Source of the DNA: Octopus vulgaris
Taxonomy: Eukaryota
NCBI GenBank assembly: GCA_951406725.2
Contig: OX597816.1
Coordinates: 160,704,001-160,768,000 of the forward strand
Direction of reading: 5' to 3'
Length of the DNA: 64,000 nucleotides
Below, piece after piece: positions 28,822 to 41,402 of the stretch. Numbering within the stretch: the stretch's first letter is position 1; every line of letters starts with the position of its first letter. A program made the position numbers and the translations under genes. The notes below the pieces were generated by a model. The model did no database searches. It saw nothing but the letters and a program-made list of their open reading frames with translations, and was not told the origin of the DNA.

Positions 28822-29159
28822 CTTGGAGTTACCTGTTCAGCGGAACATGGTATGGCTTCTTAGAATAACGTACTTAAAGAATAAATATGTACGTCCTCGA
28901 ACGAAATAAGACATCTTTTGTTGGCTTCAATGCTTTGAAAAGCAAGGCATCAGTATTTGTGTACGCGCGTACGTCTGTCTGTGTGTATATACAGACACAA
29001 ACCAAAAACTCATGAATTAAAAATGCATAAACAAGAGGGGTAATTTCTCTCATTCAAGGGAGTTTGAACTCAGAACACAGCGGCATAAAAGCCGGAACAA
29101 ATACTACAAAGCATTTTGTCCGAGTCTATAACGTTTCTAGCTGACCACCAATGAAAATA

Positions 29160-29816
29160 ATCACCATCATCACTGGCACCCCCTCCTCTACATTATCATC
29201 ATTATCATCATCATTATCATCACCACCGCCACCATCACCAACACCAACACTTTCACCACATCTACCAACAACATCATCATTATCATAGTTACCACCATTA
29301 CCACCACCACCATCATCATCATCTTCTCCTTCATGACCTTCATCCTCACCACCACAACCACCACCACCACCACCACCACCACCATCACCGCCACCATCAT
29401 CATCATCATCAACATCATCAACATTACCACCACCGTCACCACTATCATCATCATATTCATCATCCTCATCATCACCATCATCACCACCAAAACCACCACA
29501 ACCACCACCACCATCATCATTAACATTACCACCACCACCACGACCACCACATCCACCACCACCACCACCACTAATCATCATCACTACCACAGCAACTACC
29601 ACCGCACAACCAGCCCCAACCATCGTCAACGTAACCATTCTTTTAACGATTAGCACAATAGTGGTCAGTCTTACCAATGCCAATGAAATAAAGAAACACC
29701 AAAAACATTATCGCCTTAGCACTCCTCAATATCCAAGACCTGGCGAACATCCTTCTTCTGAAGCCGCCTTCATTTTCTTCTTATTATTCTTCTTCTTCTT
29801 CTTCATCATATTATTA

Positions 29817-29852
<36 letters not shown>

Positions 29853-29900
29853 TCTTACCCTACATCATCATCATCGTCATCGTCATCGTCGTCATCATGA
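29160..29900. repeat. (CAT/CAC/ACC)n trinucleotide low-complexity tract, then (TTC/TTA/TCA)n
   Basis: Direct reading; source of the poly-G/D and poly-V/M ORFs. Confidence 0.9.
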
Positions 29901-30211
29901 ATTTCTCTTTGAAGTTCTGGATGTAATAGCCATGTTCTGTGAATAAAGAGATAAGGAGAGATGAACAAGCGTTTACGAATAAGGTAAAGAGGGAATAAAA
30001 TACCGAGAAGCAGAGATCATATATAGATGTATTCATACACTCACACACACGTATATGCACATGTATAGATGTGTGTGTACAGGTGTATATATATGTGTGT
30101 GTGTACGTGTATATATATATATATGTGTGTGTGTACATGTATATATACTTATGTGAGTGCGTATGTGTGTGTATATATATGTGTGTGAATGTACATACAT
30201 ATATATATATA

Positions 30212-30245
<34 letters not shown>

Positions 30246-30299
30246 GGAGAGAAGTGGAGAGAGAAAGAGAGACATACATTATACAATAAAATTATATTC

Positions 30300-30883
30300 T
30301 TTTCTACTCTTGGTACAAGGCCCGACATTTTTGGGGAGGGGTCAGTCGGTTACATCGACCCCCAGTGCGTAATTAGTACTTAATTTACCGGCCCCGAAAG
30401 GATGAAAGGCAAAGTCGACCTCGGCGGAATTTGAACTCAGAACGTAACGGCAGACGAAATACCTATTTCTTTACTACCCACAAGGGGCTAAACACAGAGA
30501 GGACAAACATGGACAGACAAAGGGATTAAGTCGATTATATCGACCCCAGTACGTAATTGGTACTTAATTTACCGACCCCGAAAGGATGAAAGGCAAAGTC
30601 GACCTCGGCGGAATCTGAACTCACAACGTAACGGCAGACGAAATACCTATTTGTTTACTACCCACAAGGGGCTAAACATAGGGAGGACAAACAAGGACAG
30701 ACAAACGGATTAAGTCGATTACATCGACCCCAGTACGTAATTGGTACTTAATTTATCGACCCCGAAAGGATGAAAGGCAAAGTCGACCTGGGCGGAATTT
30801 GAACTCAGAACGTAGTGGCAGACGAAATAAATACCTCTAAGCATTTCGCCCGGCGTGCCAACGTTTCTGCCAGCTCGCCGCCT
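30300..30883 (-). mobile_element. Trimeric SINE B (~185-bp internal unit)
   Basis: Three ATCGACCCCAGT...GAAAGGATGAAAGGCAAAGTCGACC units; single head at 30883. Confidence 0.9.
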
Positions 30884-31500
30884 TGGAGAGGTTGTCTACA
30901 TTAAGAAAGAGGTTTATTTGTTAAAGAAGAAAACGGTACCAGACGAAAGTTTCACACGTATTAATTATAACCTATCGTAAGATAATGGCGAAAGCAGAAA
31001 AGAATCCTACGAGGAAAACGTTGCTGATAAACGTTTAACTGAGTTTCTTCCTTTTATTCCTTTCATCTTTATTTTATATGCCTTCGTTTCCCCACTCTCT
31101 ATCTCTCTCTCAACCTCTCCCTCTTCCTCCATCAATTTCTTTCTGTCATCTTCAGTTATCTCTAACATTTGTTCTTCTCAAAGACTGGAGACTGAAATGC
31201 CAACAACTGGATTCCCAGTTCTGTGATGTACCCTGCTATCATATAAATTATAGCAGACCGTAAAATTTGGAATGTAAATATATTGCATTTCTGGGTCACA
31301 TCAACAGATGGGTTGGTTGCCTTGTGTATAACATGTTCAGGTGGAAAGTTTTATAAACGACTGGAGATTTATTCGGTCGAGTTACAAATTCTGTAATAAA
31401 AAGAACAGTTTCCTTTAAATGTAGGAGAGACGGACAGCACGCGTGCGCGCTACACGCACGTATTCACACACTACCATCTCACATTACCAACACACATACC

Positions 31501-32048
31501 TATGTGGTTAAGAAGCTTGCTTCCTAACCGTATGGTTTTGGATTCAGTCCCACAGCGCAGTACTTTGGGTAAGGGTCTCCTACTATAGCCCCGGAAGTAT
31601 TCTGCTCGGATTTGGTTGACTTGATTAAAGAAGCCTGCCACACGATTTATATATTGGCTGTGTGGTAAGAAGCTTGCTAACGAATCACATGGTTCTGGGT
31701 TCAGTCTCACTGCGTGGCACCTTGGGCAAGTGTCTTCTACTATAGCCCTGGGCCAACCAAAGCCTTGTGAGTGGATTTGGTAGACAGAAACAGAACGAAG
31801 CCAGTCATATATATGCATATATATTTATATGTATGTGTGTGCATATGTTTGTGTGTCTGTATTTGTTCCCCCAGCATCGCTTGACAACCGATGATGGTGT
31901 GTTTACATCCCCGTAACTTAGCGGTTCGGCCAAAGTCACCGATAGAATAAATACTAGGCTTACAAAGAATAAGTTCTGGGGTCGATTTGCTCGACTAAAG
32001 GCCGTGCTCTAGTATGGCCACAGTCACATGACTGAAACAAGTAAAAGA

Positions 32049-32050
<2 letters not shown>
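31501..32050 (+). mobile_element. SINE A head fragment plus full SINE A (31655-32050)
   Basis: Similarity to 18381-18803. Confidence 0.88.
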
Positions 32051-32087
<37 letters not shown>

Positions 32088-32088
<1 letters not shown>

Positions 32089-32592
32089 TAGCAGTATCGC
32101 CCGGCGTTGCTCGGGTTTGTAAGGGAAATAACTATATAAGCATTTTTAGAGAGTTACTTCCCTTATAAATTCGGGCTTTCTTAGCCATTTTTGTTTTGGT
32201 GTCTTCAAGCCATGAAGTCGTTGTTCTAAAAGAACGCTGGTCTCCTTCACAACGCATTACGACGTTGATTTCTTTACACTCCCGTCCCCACAGCTTCACG
32301 AGGGAGGGAAGGGGGAGAAGCAAACAGGTGCAACTGTGAGCGTGGACGCCAACTCCACCGCCATCGACACACGATGCATTTTATGCATTAAAATGGAATA
32401 AAAAATGATGTTAAATTATTTTTTAAATTGTAGACTCATCGTTGACGCGCGCTAATAGTCAGACGGGCTCGATATGAATCACGACTATAAGATACCCGAA
32501 TTTGGTTAAACTGCACCGCAAAATGTGGGAGGAGTTAGGAATCTAAATCGAAGGGGACAGACACTCACACAACTAGAGTTTTTATATATAGA
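32088..32592 (-). mobile_element. Non-autonomous Helitron
   Basis: Minus: A|TC start at 32592, hairpin CCCGAGCAACGCCGGG, CTAG|T end at 32088. Confidence 0.85.
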
Positions 32593-32831
32593 TATCTTGC
32601 TATTATGTTAAACTGTTATATGTGAAAATTTGGCCAAATGCGTTTTTTTTTTTGTAATAGCCGGTTCTTTTGGTCAAACTATCGTATCTCCAGCTGCTTC
32701 AGATGCCAGGCTATCAAAAATTGTCAAAGTGTGGTACAACGGTTTTGCTATGGAATGGTGAAACTATTTTTTTTGTTTTCTAAAAAAGCGACGCTTTGGA
32801 CTTACGACAGTTTTGTATAATAGCAACAATA

Positions 32832-33225
32832 TCTTTATATATAAAAGTGAAGTTGTGTGTCTGTCTCCTACGATTTAGATTCCTAACTACTCCCACATTT
32901 TGCGGTGCAGTGTAACCAAAAGCAGGTATCTTATAGTCATGATTCATATCGAGCCCTTCTGGGTATTAGCGCGCGTCTACGATGAGTCTACGATTTAAAA
33001 AAAATTTACCATCATTTTTTCCCATTTTTATTGCATTTTTTTGCTATTATATAAGGGAAGTAACTCTCTAAAAATGTATTATTAAATCTCAGAACGTAAA
33101 AAGCTACAGTAACACCCACCTTTGTGGTTAGCCATATTGAGATGGCTATTATACTTTACATCTCTAAAAATGCTTATATAGTTATTTCCCTTACAAATCC
33201 GAGCAACGCCGGGCGATACTGCTAG
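32832..33225 (+). mobile_element. Non-autonomous Helitron, same family, opposite orientation
   Basis: A|TCTTTATATATAAAAG...CCGAGCAACGCCGGGCGATACTGCTAG|T. Confidence 0.87.
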
Positions 33226-33491
33226 TATATATATATACTAGCAGTCATACTTGTCGTTGATCAGGTAATTACTCTTACTCTTTCTCGGGAGCCACATTCA
33301 AAGTGTTATTATATATATAGATTTCCTCCTCCTGTATGTGTGTATTTTATAAGAAAATAACATGCTATAATTGAAGTAGAAAAAAAGATCAATTTCATAC
33401 ATGAATTTCTGTTTGTTTATTTTATGACAATAATAAGTGAGTTGTCTGTGTTATTTTATATATCAATACAGTAAAGGCAATTATATGATAC

Positions 33492-33612
33492 ACAAGGCTT
33501 TGGTCGGCACGGAGCTGTAATAAAAGGGGATTGCCCAACGACCCGTACAGCGGGACTGAACCCAAGGCCACATGGTTGGAAAGCAAGCTTCTCAACCACA
33601 CAGTCACGCTTG
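33492..33612 (-). mobile_element. Degenerate SINE A head
   Basis: GGGACTGAACCC (B box, reverse strand), ACCACACAG. Confidence 0.7.
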
Positions 33613-33737
33613 TAAAGGAGAAATACATTTTGGATAATATATTTCTTGATACAATATGCTTAACAAAAAGACAGTGAGAAGACCTTTGATTTTAATACTT
33701 ACTCGAGCAACACAACAATTAACATCGCTACACCATA

Positions 33738-34193
33738 CAGGGTGTCCCAGAATTAACTATCGGTTTCAATGAAATGTAGCAAATTTTAAAAACACTGACA
33801 GACTTTTGTTTATTACCAAAACAGATAGATCTATAACTGTTACGTCAAACTTTTATTGAAGATTTTCAACATGTCTGTATCCCTACATACTTCAAATTCC
33901 TCCTTAGCATTGTGAAAACACATTTTGAAGCATTTCAGGGGTTAGGTCCTGCACTGCTAACTGAATATGTTCTTTAAATTTAGCTAAACGATTGCTCCAT
34001 CTTGGGAATGGAGGTAAAGAAAATGATTGTTGCCAAATTGAAAAAAAGCTGTCATGGACAAAATAAAATTATAAACGAAATTCAAAATTTAAAGACTTTT
34101 AACTCAAATTAAACATGATAAACATAAATAAAGGTGAGTTTATAAAAAAAATGGATCCGATTTCACTCTCATCATTAATTCTGGGACATTCAG
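33738..34193 (-). mobile_element. Internally deleted Tc1/mariner-superfamily element
   Basis: TA|CAGGGTGTCCCAGAATTAA and TTAATTCTGGGACATTCAG|TA; minus translation FKEHIQLAVQDLTPEMLQNVF (transposase C-terminus). Confidence 0.8.
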
Positions 34194-35228
34194 TATTTAC
34201 TCGTCAGACTAAACGGAGGAGGGAACACGGAGCGGGGGAAGCCTAATTGCAGGTGGCGAGCATAGCTTCTAGAAGTGGTCACGCGGTCAAACTCAAAAAG
34301 CTGTGAGTCACAACAGCAGTTTGTTTTATTGTATGAACATTTTGCATTATATAGTTCAGACACGGATGACATAGAAAGCAGACATGCTGCTGGGCCATGC
34401 TGCGTTGCGCAGGTTTGGAAACGTGAAACATCAACAGGACACTTCTGGAGAGTGGATGAATGGGTTTGTTGTGCCTTTACCCAGCCGCACACACACGCAC
34501 ACGGCTCGGTGGTGTGCGAGACGATAACATGAAACATCAACAGGACGCTGACAGAAATTTTAATGTTCCCTTCATTTCCTCTGCCAAATTGGACAAACAG
34601 GTTTTCATGAAATATTATATGCTGTTTATAATGCATAAGTTAGAGGCAATATTTTATCGCCGGAAAATGGTCTAAAACAAAAGTAAAACCCAGTGCAGTA
34701 TACTCAAATCTCATTAATCTGCATTTTTGTTGGGGCCCATAGTCGGCGTCAGAAATATTCTTTTAGTCAACAGCAATTCGAGGAGCCTGATTAATGTTTG
34801 TTGCAAATTTGGAGGAAAGCGACTGGATAATCATCAAGTTACGGGCCTTAACGCTGCGAAAATGCTTTTAAAATGCGGTTTAACTGCCCTTGTACCCGCA
34901 TTAGGCAAGATGTTGAAAGTTGTTTTGGCCCATGACACTGAATGGATCGTACGTAATGCATGCGTAAAATTTTATTAAAATCGGTTGGGTGGATCTCTAG
35001 TTTTAACGATATGACAAACACACAGACAGACACACATCTTGTGTTTTATGTATATATATATATATATATATATATACATACACATACATACATGCATACA
35101 TACATACATACATACATACATACATACATGTATGCATACATACATACATACACATACACACACTCACATACATACATACATGCATACATGCATACATGCA
35201 TACATACATACATACATACATACATACA

Positions 35229-35262
<34 letters not shown>

Positions 35263-35279
35263 CATACATACATACATGA

Positions 35280-35800
35280 AATACATACAAACAGAAATAC
35301 CCTGTTGGTTATGTTGAAATTCTAATGAAGGAACCTTGGATCTAGGTTAGAAACCGGTTCTTTCTCTATTGGCAAGAAATCTTGAAATAAATTGTATAAT
35401 AACATACATACAGATTTCAAGTTCAGATTTATACCTGCAAATATTGGTGCACACTGCCTAAATACCAATCTTGAGAAATTAGGCTTCTCAAAAGCAGAAA
35501 GGAGAAAGCTAATTCGAAGACTACAGATCCAATCCATCGCTGGAACTGTAAAAATCTGCAAAACTTTCCAGAAGTTTATCATTTAAATATATATGAGCAT
35601 GTTTAGATATGCAAGTATATGCATGAAAAGACGCATAAAACAAAACATACAAATTTGCACGTACATACATACAAACAAAAATACCCTATTGTTGATGTTG
35701 AAATTCCAATGAAGGAGCTTTGAATCTATGTTAGAAACCGGTTCTTTATCTATTGGCAAGAAATCCTGAAATAAAATTGAATAATGACACTCATACATAC
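35280..35800 (+). mobile_element. Two tandem R4/Dong-like 3' ends in a (CATA)n array
   Basis: 3' UTR (AAATACCCTGTTG...AGAAACCGGTTCTTT...GAAATAAA) at ~35294-35400 and ~35678-35790; between them FKFRFIPANIG...ICKTFQKFII*. Confidence 0.8.
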
Positions 35801-36530
35801 ACGCGCAGAAGTAATGTTGCAAAGTATTTTGCCTAATGCGCTAAGGATTCCGCTAGCTCGCCATCTTAACCAGACTTAAAATACTAAAAGAGTTCCCTCT
35901 GATTATCATCTCATCTTGATTTCAACATGAGTGTACCTAGGAAAAAATTTCATATCTTTTAAGACATCGTTGTTTGATTTAAGGGAGATTAGGCTGTCAT
36001 TTTTCGCAAGTCGGACGACCGTGTGAAGATTCCCTCATCGACTCGTTTCACATTCTGTTTATTGGTGGTAGTTTTTCTGATTAAGATGTTAATGTTATTA
36101 GTCACTAATCCTTTCAATCGCTGGATTTCAACATCCCTCGAGCCCTGTTCCATTTCCAGTGCAACAGACATGAAACAAACTAGAATTAAAATGCTGAATA
36201 TTTTATCCAATCCATTTTACACCCGACTGAAGAGCTTACACACTTTATAGACACAGTCCCTGAAGATACATTCTGTTTATCTTCATACTTTTCCCTATAT
36301 ATACGCATACATACATACATACATACATTATATGTATACACACACTCATATATATATATATATATATAGATATAGATATATATATGTATATCTATATATA
36401 TATATGTATGCATTTATATAAATATGTATATATATATATGTATATATATATCTATATATATGTATGCATATATATAAACATGTATGTATATATGTATATA
36501 TATAAATATGTATGTGTGTGTGTGTGTGTG

Positions 36531-36815
36531 TGTGGAGGCGCAATGGCCCAGTGCTTAGGGCAGCGGACTCACGGTCGGAGGAACGCGGTTTCGATTCCCA
36601 GACCGAGCGAAAACACCTAAAGATCCACGAAGCTCCGGCAGGGGGGGGGGCGACCTCTGTCGTACTCTTTCGCCCCAACTTTCTCTCACTCTTTCTTCCT
36701 GTTTCTTGAGTAACGCTGCGATGGACTGGCGTCCCGTCCAGCTGGGGGGGGGGGGACACATACGCCACAGAAACCGGGAAACCGGGCCCATGAGCCTGGC
36801 TAATCTTGAAAAGGG
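36531..36815 (+). mobile_element. SINE with family C head and alternative 3' tail
   Basis: Head matches 6510; tail CTGCGATGGACTGGCGTCCCGTCCAG...ATGAGCCTGGC shared with 42675-42908(-). Confidence 0.82.
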
Positions 36816-36826
36816 CGCATAAATAA

Positions 36827-36864
<38 letters not shown>

Positions 36865-37057
36865 AATAATTAAGAATCAGTTGAATTAGGTACTTAAATT
36901 GAAGCACCAAGTCAGTCCGGTATTATCTGCGCAGCTCGAAGTTAGGTGAATAAAAAGCAAATAAGTTATAAGGATGTCCAGGTGTGACCGCGTGTGTACC
37001 GTTGGCGATTTTTTCCCCTCCGTCTTCCCTTCTCTGGATCTTTCCTTTTCCTATGTT

Positions 37058-37086
37058 TCTCACGAAGAGCTCCGCTCGAAACGTAA
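37058..37086 (+). ncRNA. Hammerhead-like motif (degenerate core)
   Basis: CTCACGA A GAGC TCC GCTC GAAA CG TA inside a (TA)n-bounded segment. Confidence 0.45.
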
Positions 37087-38206
37087 AACCCTCCTTCTTC
37101 CCTTCCTTCCTGAGCGTCCCATAATACTATATCTGTTCCACGTCCTCACGTTGTTGTGTTTTCTCTTTGTGTTTTCATGTTTGGATTAATTATATATATA
37201 TATAATTGTTCTGTTTATCAAGTTCGCCTTGATATTAACTCTCACGCGACTCTGCATCTTTCTTTCTTTCTCTCCCATTCCCTTTTTCGTCTTTTTTCCC
37301 TCACTTAACTTGTCTCTTCCTCTCTCTCTCCCCCTCACTGTTCTTCATGGTCTCCTCGCACCATTCCCCTTCTTCTCTCTCTTCCTCTTGCTCCTCCTCC
37401 CCCATTCCCGTCGTCCATCTGCGACGTACTTCCGTCGTAACTGCTATCCCGTCCTTTTTCGCCTGCCTTCTAAGGCCACTGGTCGACATCTTCCTCTCTC
37501 GTCGTCCACTATAATCCAGCGTTTGCAATACTTTTTTCGTCTGGAGTTAACAGCCCTTCTTATCTTGTTCTCCTTGTCCTGTCTCTCACTGTTATATATT
37601 TATTTTTCCACTGTTTATATATATATTTTTTACTGTTTATATGTTTGTACTGTCGTTACCGTCTTGCCTTTTTTTTTTTTTTTTACCCCTCTGCGACAAG
37701 ATCTCAGAATTTTAATTGATTTGCTTTTCGCGGGAAGGAATTTTTCATTCGAAGTATACGTCTCGCTTTTATCCTTCGAAACGTTTAGTAGATGAAACTT
37801 TAGCGACTGAAGAAGGGGATTTTTCGTTGTGCTTATTGTCCTGTATTTCCTTTTTTTGCTTGTCTTGTTCCTTGGTTTGTGTCTATGTTTTTCGTCTCTC
37901 TATGTGTTCGACGTCCTTTTGGTGTCCTGTACACATATATGCGTGTATATGTACATGTAGAGGTAGGTACGTACATATATGTTTATATATATGCATATAT
38001 TTTATTAACATATATATATATATATATATATAGCAAGCACTGAAGATTAAAAAGTGCATTAGTGCACTAATTATGAAATCATATGATGTGCAGCTGAATT
38101 CTGTTTTTAAAATGCTCGCTTCGTGAGTTGCATTTCCTCGTATTCGATACAATGTGTTTATTTATTTTGGTAGTTTTGACTTTAAGAGTCTCTCATCAAT
38201 GTCTTT

Positions 38207-38294
38207 ATGCAGCCAAGGATTGCTCTGCATTTAAATTGATGTAATGATTGTATTGTTCAATTAAATGGAGTTTCTTGAAACGATTGTACTGCAT
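38207..38294 (+). ncRNA. Degenerate long-stem-II hammerhead
   Basis: Stem I ATGCAG/CTGCAT; core CCAAGGA; stem II includes CATTTAAATTGA/TCAATTAAATG; GAAA CGATTG TA. Confidence 0.55.
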
Positions 38295-38426
38295 TACCTC
38301 TGGATATACTTGTTGCTTATTTTGATATATATATATATATATATACATATATACTCACAAAATGGGACAAGAACGCAAAACATCCAGACAGGTAGGTGGT
38401 ACAAAAAAGGGACAACAAAATATGAT

Positions 38427-38468
38427 GTACCTGAAGAGACCCAGAACAGGTCGAAACGTGTGTTGTAC
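38427..38468 (+). ncRNA. Minimal type-I hammerhead ribozyme with canonical core
   Basis: GTAC CTGAAGA GACC CAGAACA GGTC GAAA CGTGTG TT GTAC: stems I and II fully Watson-Crick, GUU site, AATAAA 3 nt downstream. Confidence 0.8.
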
Positions 38469-38502
38469 CCAATAAAGTCTATTACACATGCCATCTCTTA
38501 TA

Positions 38503-38623
38503 TAGAATAAGTACTAGGTTTAGAAAGAATAAGTCCTGGAATCGATTTCTTAGACTAAAACCCTTTAAGGCGGTGCTCCAGCATGACCGCAATCAAATGA
38601 CTGAAACAAATAATAGAATAAAA

Positions 38624-38625
<2 letters not shown>
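38503..38625 (+). mobile_element. SINE A 3' fragment
   Basis: TAGAATAAGTACTAGG...AAGGCGGTGCTCCAGCATG...GAAACAA. Confidence 0.8.
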
Positions 38626-38661
<36 letters not shown>

Positions 38662-38799
38662 CGTTTGTGAGTTATGTTTGTACATATGTAGCTTGGATTT
38701 TCGTGACTATATGTATAAACAAAATGTATGAAAACGTGAATATGTGTAGAATCAGTATAAGTATACCTATGTATGTATATATACATATATGCGTGTGTA

Positions 38800-38837
<38 letters not shown>

Positions 38838-39139
38838 CTTATGGCATGTGTGATACGCATGTGATTATATTTCAAGCGTTATAGAGAAATTAACAAGTTC
38901 TATTCAATGAGCGTAAAATTTAAATATTTCTATAAATATACGCAAATTTAAAGGTGAAAAAAAAGAAGCAGAATTAACTGTGTTCTAATTTTTTGAAAAT
39001 ATAAGTTTTAAAAAAAAACGGAATTTTTGTAACTACTGTGTTCCAATCTGCATAGTCGGTACCATGTTTACGAAGAGAGATGCGAGAGAAAACATATACG
39101 TAGCTGTGTGCTTATGAGAAAAAATGTGTGTGTGTGCGT

Positions 39140-39171
<32 letters not shown>

Positions 39172-39410
39172 TCACTTGAACCCGTGAGAGAAAGAGGAGT
39201 GTTTACAACATCTTTTATTAGTCTTTCACCATTTCTTTTCATAAATATTCTTAGATTTTTTACCTCGAGGGGACCTCGGATCCGGGATATTTTCTCCTTC
39301 ATGAATTATTCTGTTATGATTTTGGACTTGTGTGCAAATTTTGGAAAACATTCGTTTAGAAATATTGGTAACGCTGCTTCAAGGCAAATAGACAAACGTT
39401 GACGCCTATA

Positions 39411-39444
<34 letters not shown>

Positions 39445-39584
39445 TACACACATACACACACACACACATACACACACACACACACACACTCACACACACA
39501 CATGTAGAAACGTACATATTTGTGTGTATATATATATATAGAGAGAGAGAGAGAAAGACTGATATACATACACACACACACATA

Positions 39585-39628
<44 letters not shown>

Positions 39629-40411
39629 TACATATATACATACACTCATGTGTGTGTGTGTGTGTGCATTTTTATACGATGTGTGTGGTGCTATGGATTG
39701 CATATATAATTAATAATTTTTTTAGATATCAAGAAAGTTTTTTTTTCTTCTTCTTTGGTAGTCAGATTGTTACAATTCTTCTTTAAAATTATAGAATAAT
39801 TTAATTTATATTTTCATCTTTTATTTAACATTGATTGAATATATTCCTGAAGGAGAAGAAATAATAATAATAAAAAACGGACAAACTAGCAAAAAGAAAA
39901 AGGGAAAGAGAAAGAAAAACTGAGAGAAAGAGAGAACGAAAGAGATAGCGACAAAGGGCAAATGAAGGCTGCAATAAAAATATTGATGACCGGAAATAGG
40001 CAAAACTCGTTCTGAAACAAGAAATAAATGTACGTAAGTACTCGTCATTATCTTAGACTATATCTAGCTTTTTCGCTGTTAGTTAAAGGGGATTTCTATC
40101 ACGTGATATAATAAACTTTTGTATGGCTCGGCAGATACTTGCTTAATTCTAGCCACATCGAATTTCATTAGAGTGAAATATTTCAGCCGTGTAATAATGT
40201 TTAAATTGTGTTAAACTGTTTAACCTAGTGGACCAAAAGAAAGAAATATAAAAACCATCTGTGAATTAAATTTAACGCATATACACCGTGGACAAGCATG
40301 ACGTTACGGTCATCGTCCGAGACAAAAACTGCTCATACATGTGTTGTGTTAAAAACGCAATATATATTTGAGCCAGACGAAAAATTGTCACGGTAGTGAA
40401 TCACGAAAATG

Positions 40412-40447
40412 CTAGATGCATTTCAACCTTCTTGGGCCTCATCAATG
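40412..40447 (-). ncRNA. Degenerate minimal hammerhead
   Basis: Minus: TTGATGA GGCC CAAGAA GGTT GAAA TGCA TC TAG; changes consistent with C>T decay. Confidence 0.5.
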
Positions 40448-41079
40448 ACGTGTTCTGACAGTCACTTTCCTAGACAAATTCTAAGTATCTTTATTCTCTC
40501 TTCGGCTTCATCTTTTCATTGTACCGTGTCCCAGCCATTTACTCACGACATAGATTTAGTTGTCCATAATACTGTACTGAAATGATATACAAGTCGAAAT
40601 GCGTCTCCAGATGACGGAGAAAGCAACCTCTTCACATACATCTGATATAGAATAATTGATTTTAATTTCAGTATCATATTTTATGTTGAATATTAATTCT
40701 TAATAAATTGCTATAAACACGGCGAACGGCAAGCATTAGAATGATGATACACATATTCATTATTAATACTTTCCGACAGATTCGAATTTTCTTAGATTTA
40801 TTAATTTATTGACTGAGAAGACATAAGACTGAAAGCCTAGGTGTCGCCAATTTCCTTTATCACAATGAATCGAGTTTGCTATAAATATACAATAGTGCGA
40901 AAGATGAAGTCGTTTTCCAAATGATGAAATACAACAGCGATTAGCACATTCACGTTCGAATCTGCCAGAGTGTATTAAGAATAAATATCAATGTTGTCGT
41001 AATTATATATCAACTCTAAACTTGAATTGGGAAAAAAGAGACAACCCAATTAAGAAAGCTATTTTGGGACCCGATTTAA

Positions 41080-41142
<63 letters not shown>

Positions 41143-41363
41143 CATGCATACATTTACACACAATTGTACATGCGCATTATTTATATATCATATATATATA
41201 AGTGCGTGTGAGTCGTGTATGTGAGTCTGCGTGTGTATTGTGAGTGTGTATACACACACACATACATATATATATATACACACACAAACATGCATAGACA
41301 CTGTAAACACACGCGGCTGTGTCTACATCTGTATGTAAATACATATTTACAGACACATGTGTT

Positions 41364-41402
<39 letters not shown>

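Noticed and set aside
29126-29683. 185-aa Gly/Asp-rich ORF with hydrophobic N-terminus
   Set aside because: Open in several frames on both strands because of (CAT/CAC)n; no splice or homology support.
30300-30883. Regularly spaced repeats resembling a CRISPR array
   Set aside because: Whole ~185-bp units repeat, with no unique spacers and no cas genes; eukaryotic SINE multimer.
31189-31259. AG...GT bounded segment after a pyrimidine tract
   Set aside because: Weak donor, no recognisable protein; chance occurrence likely.
36038-36090. Minus-strand GAAACGAGTC with possible stem I
   Set aside because: The CUGANGA box is too degenerate to call.
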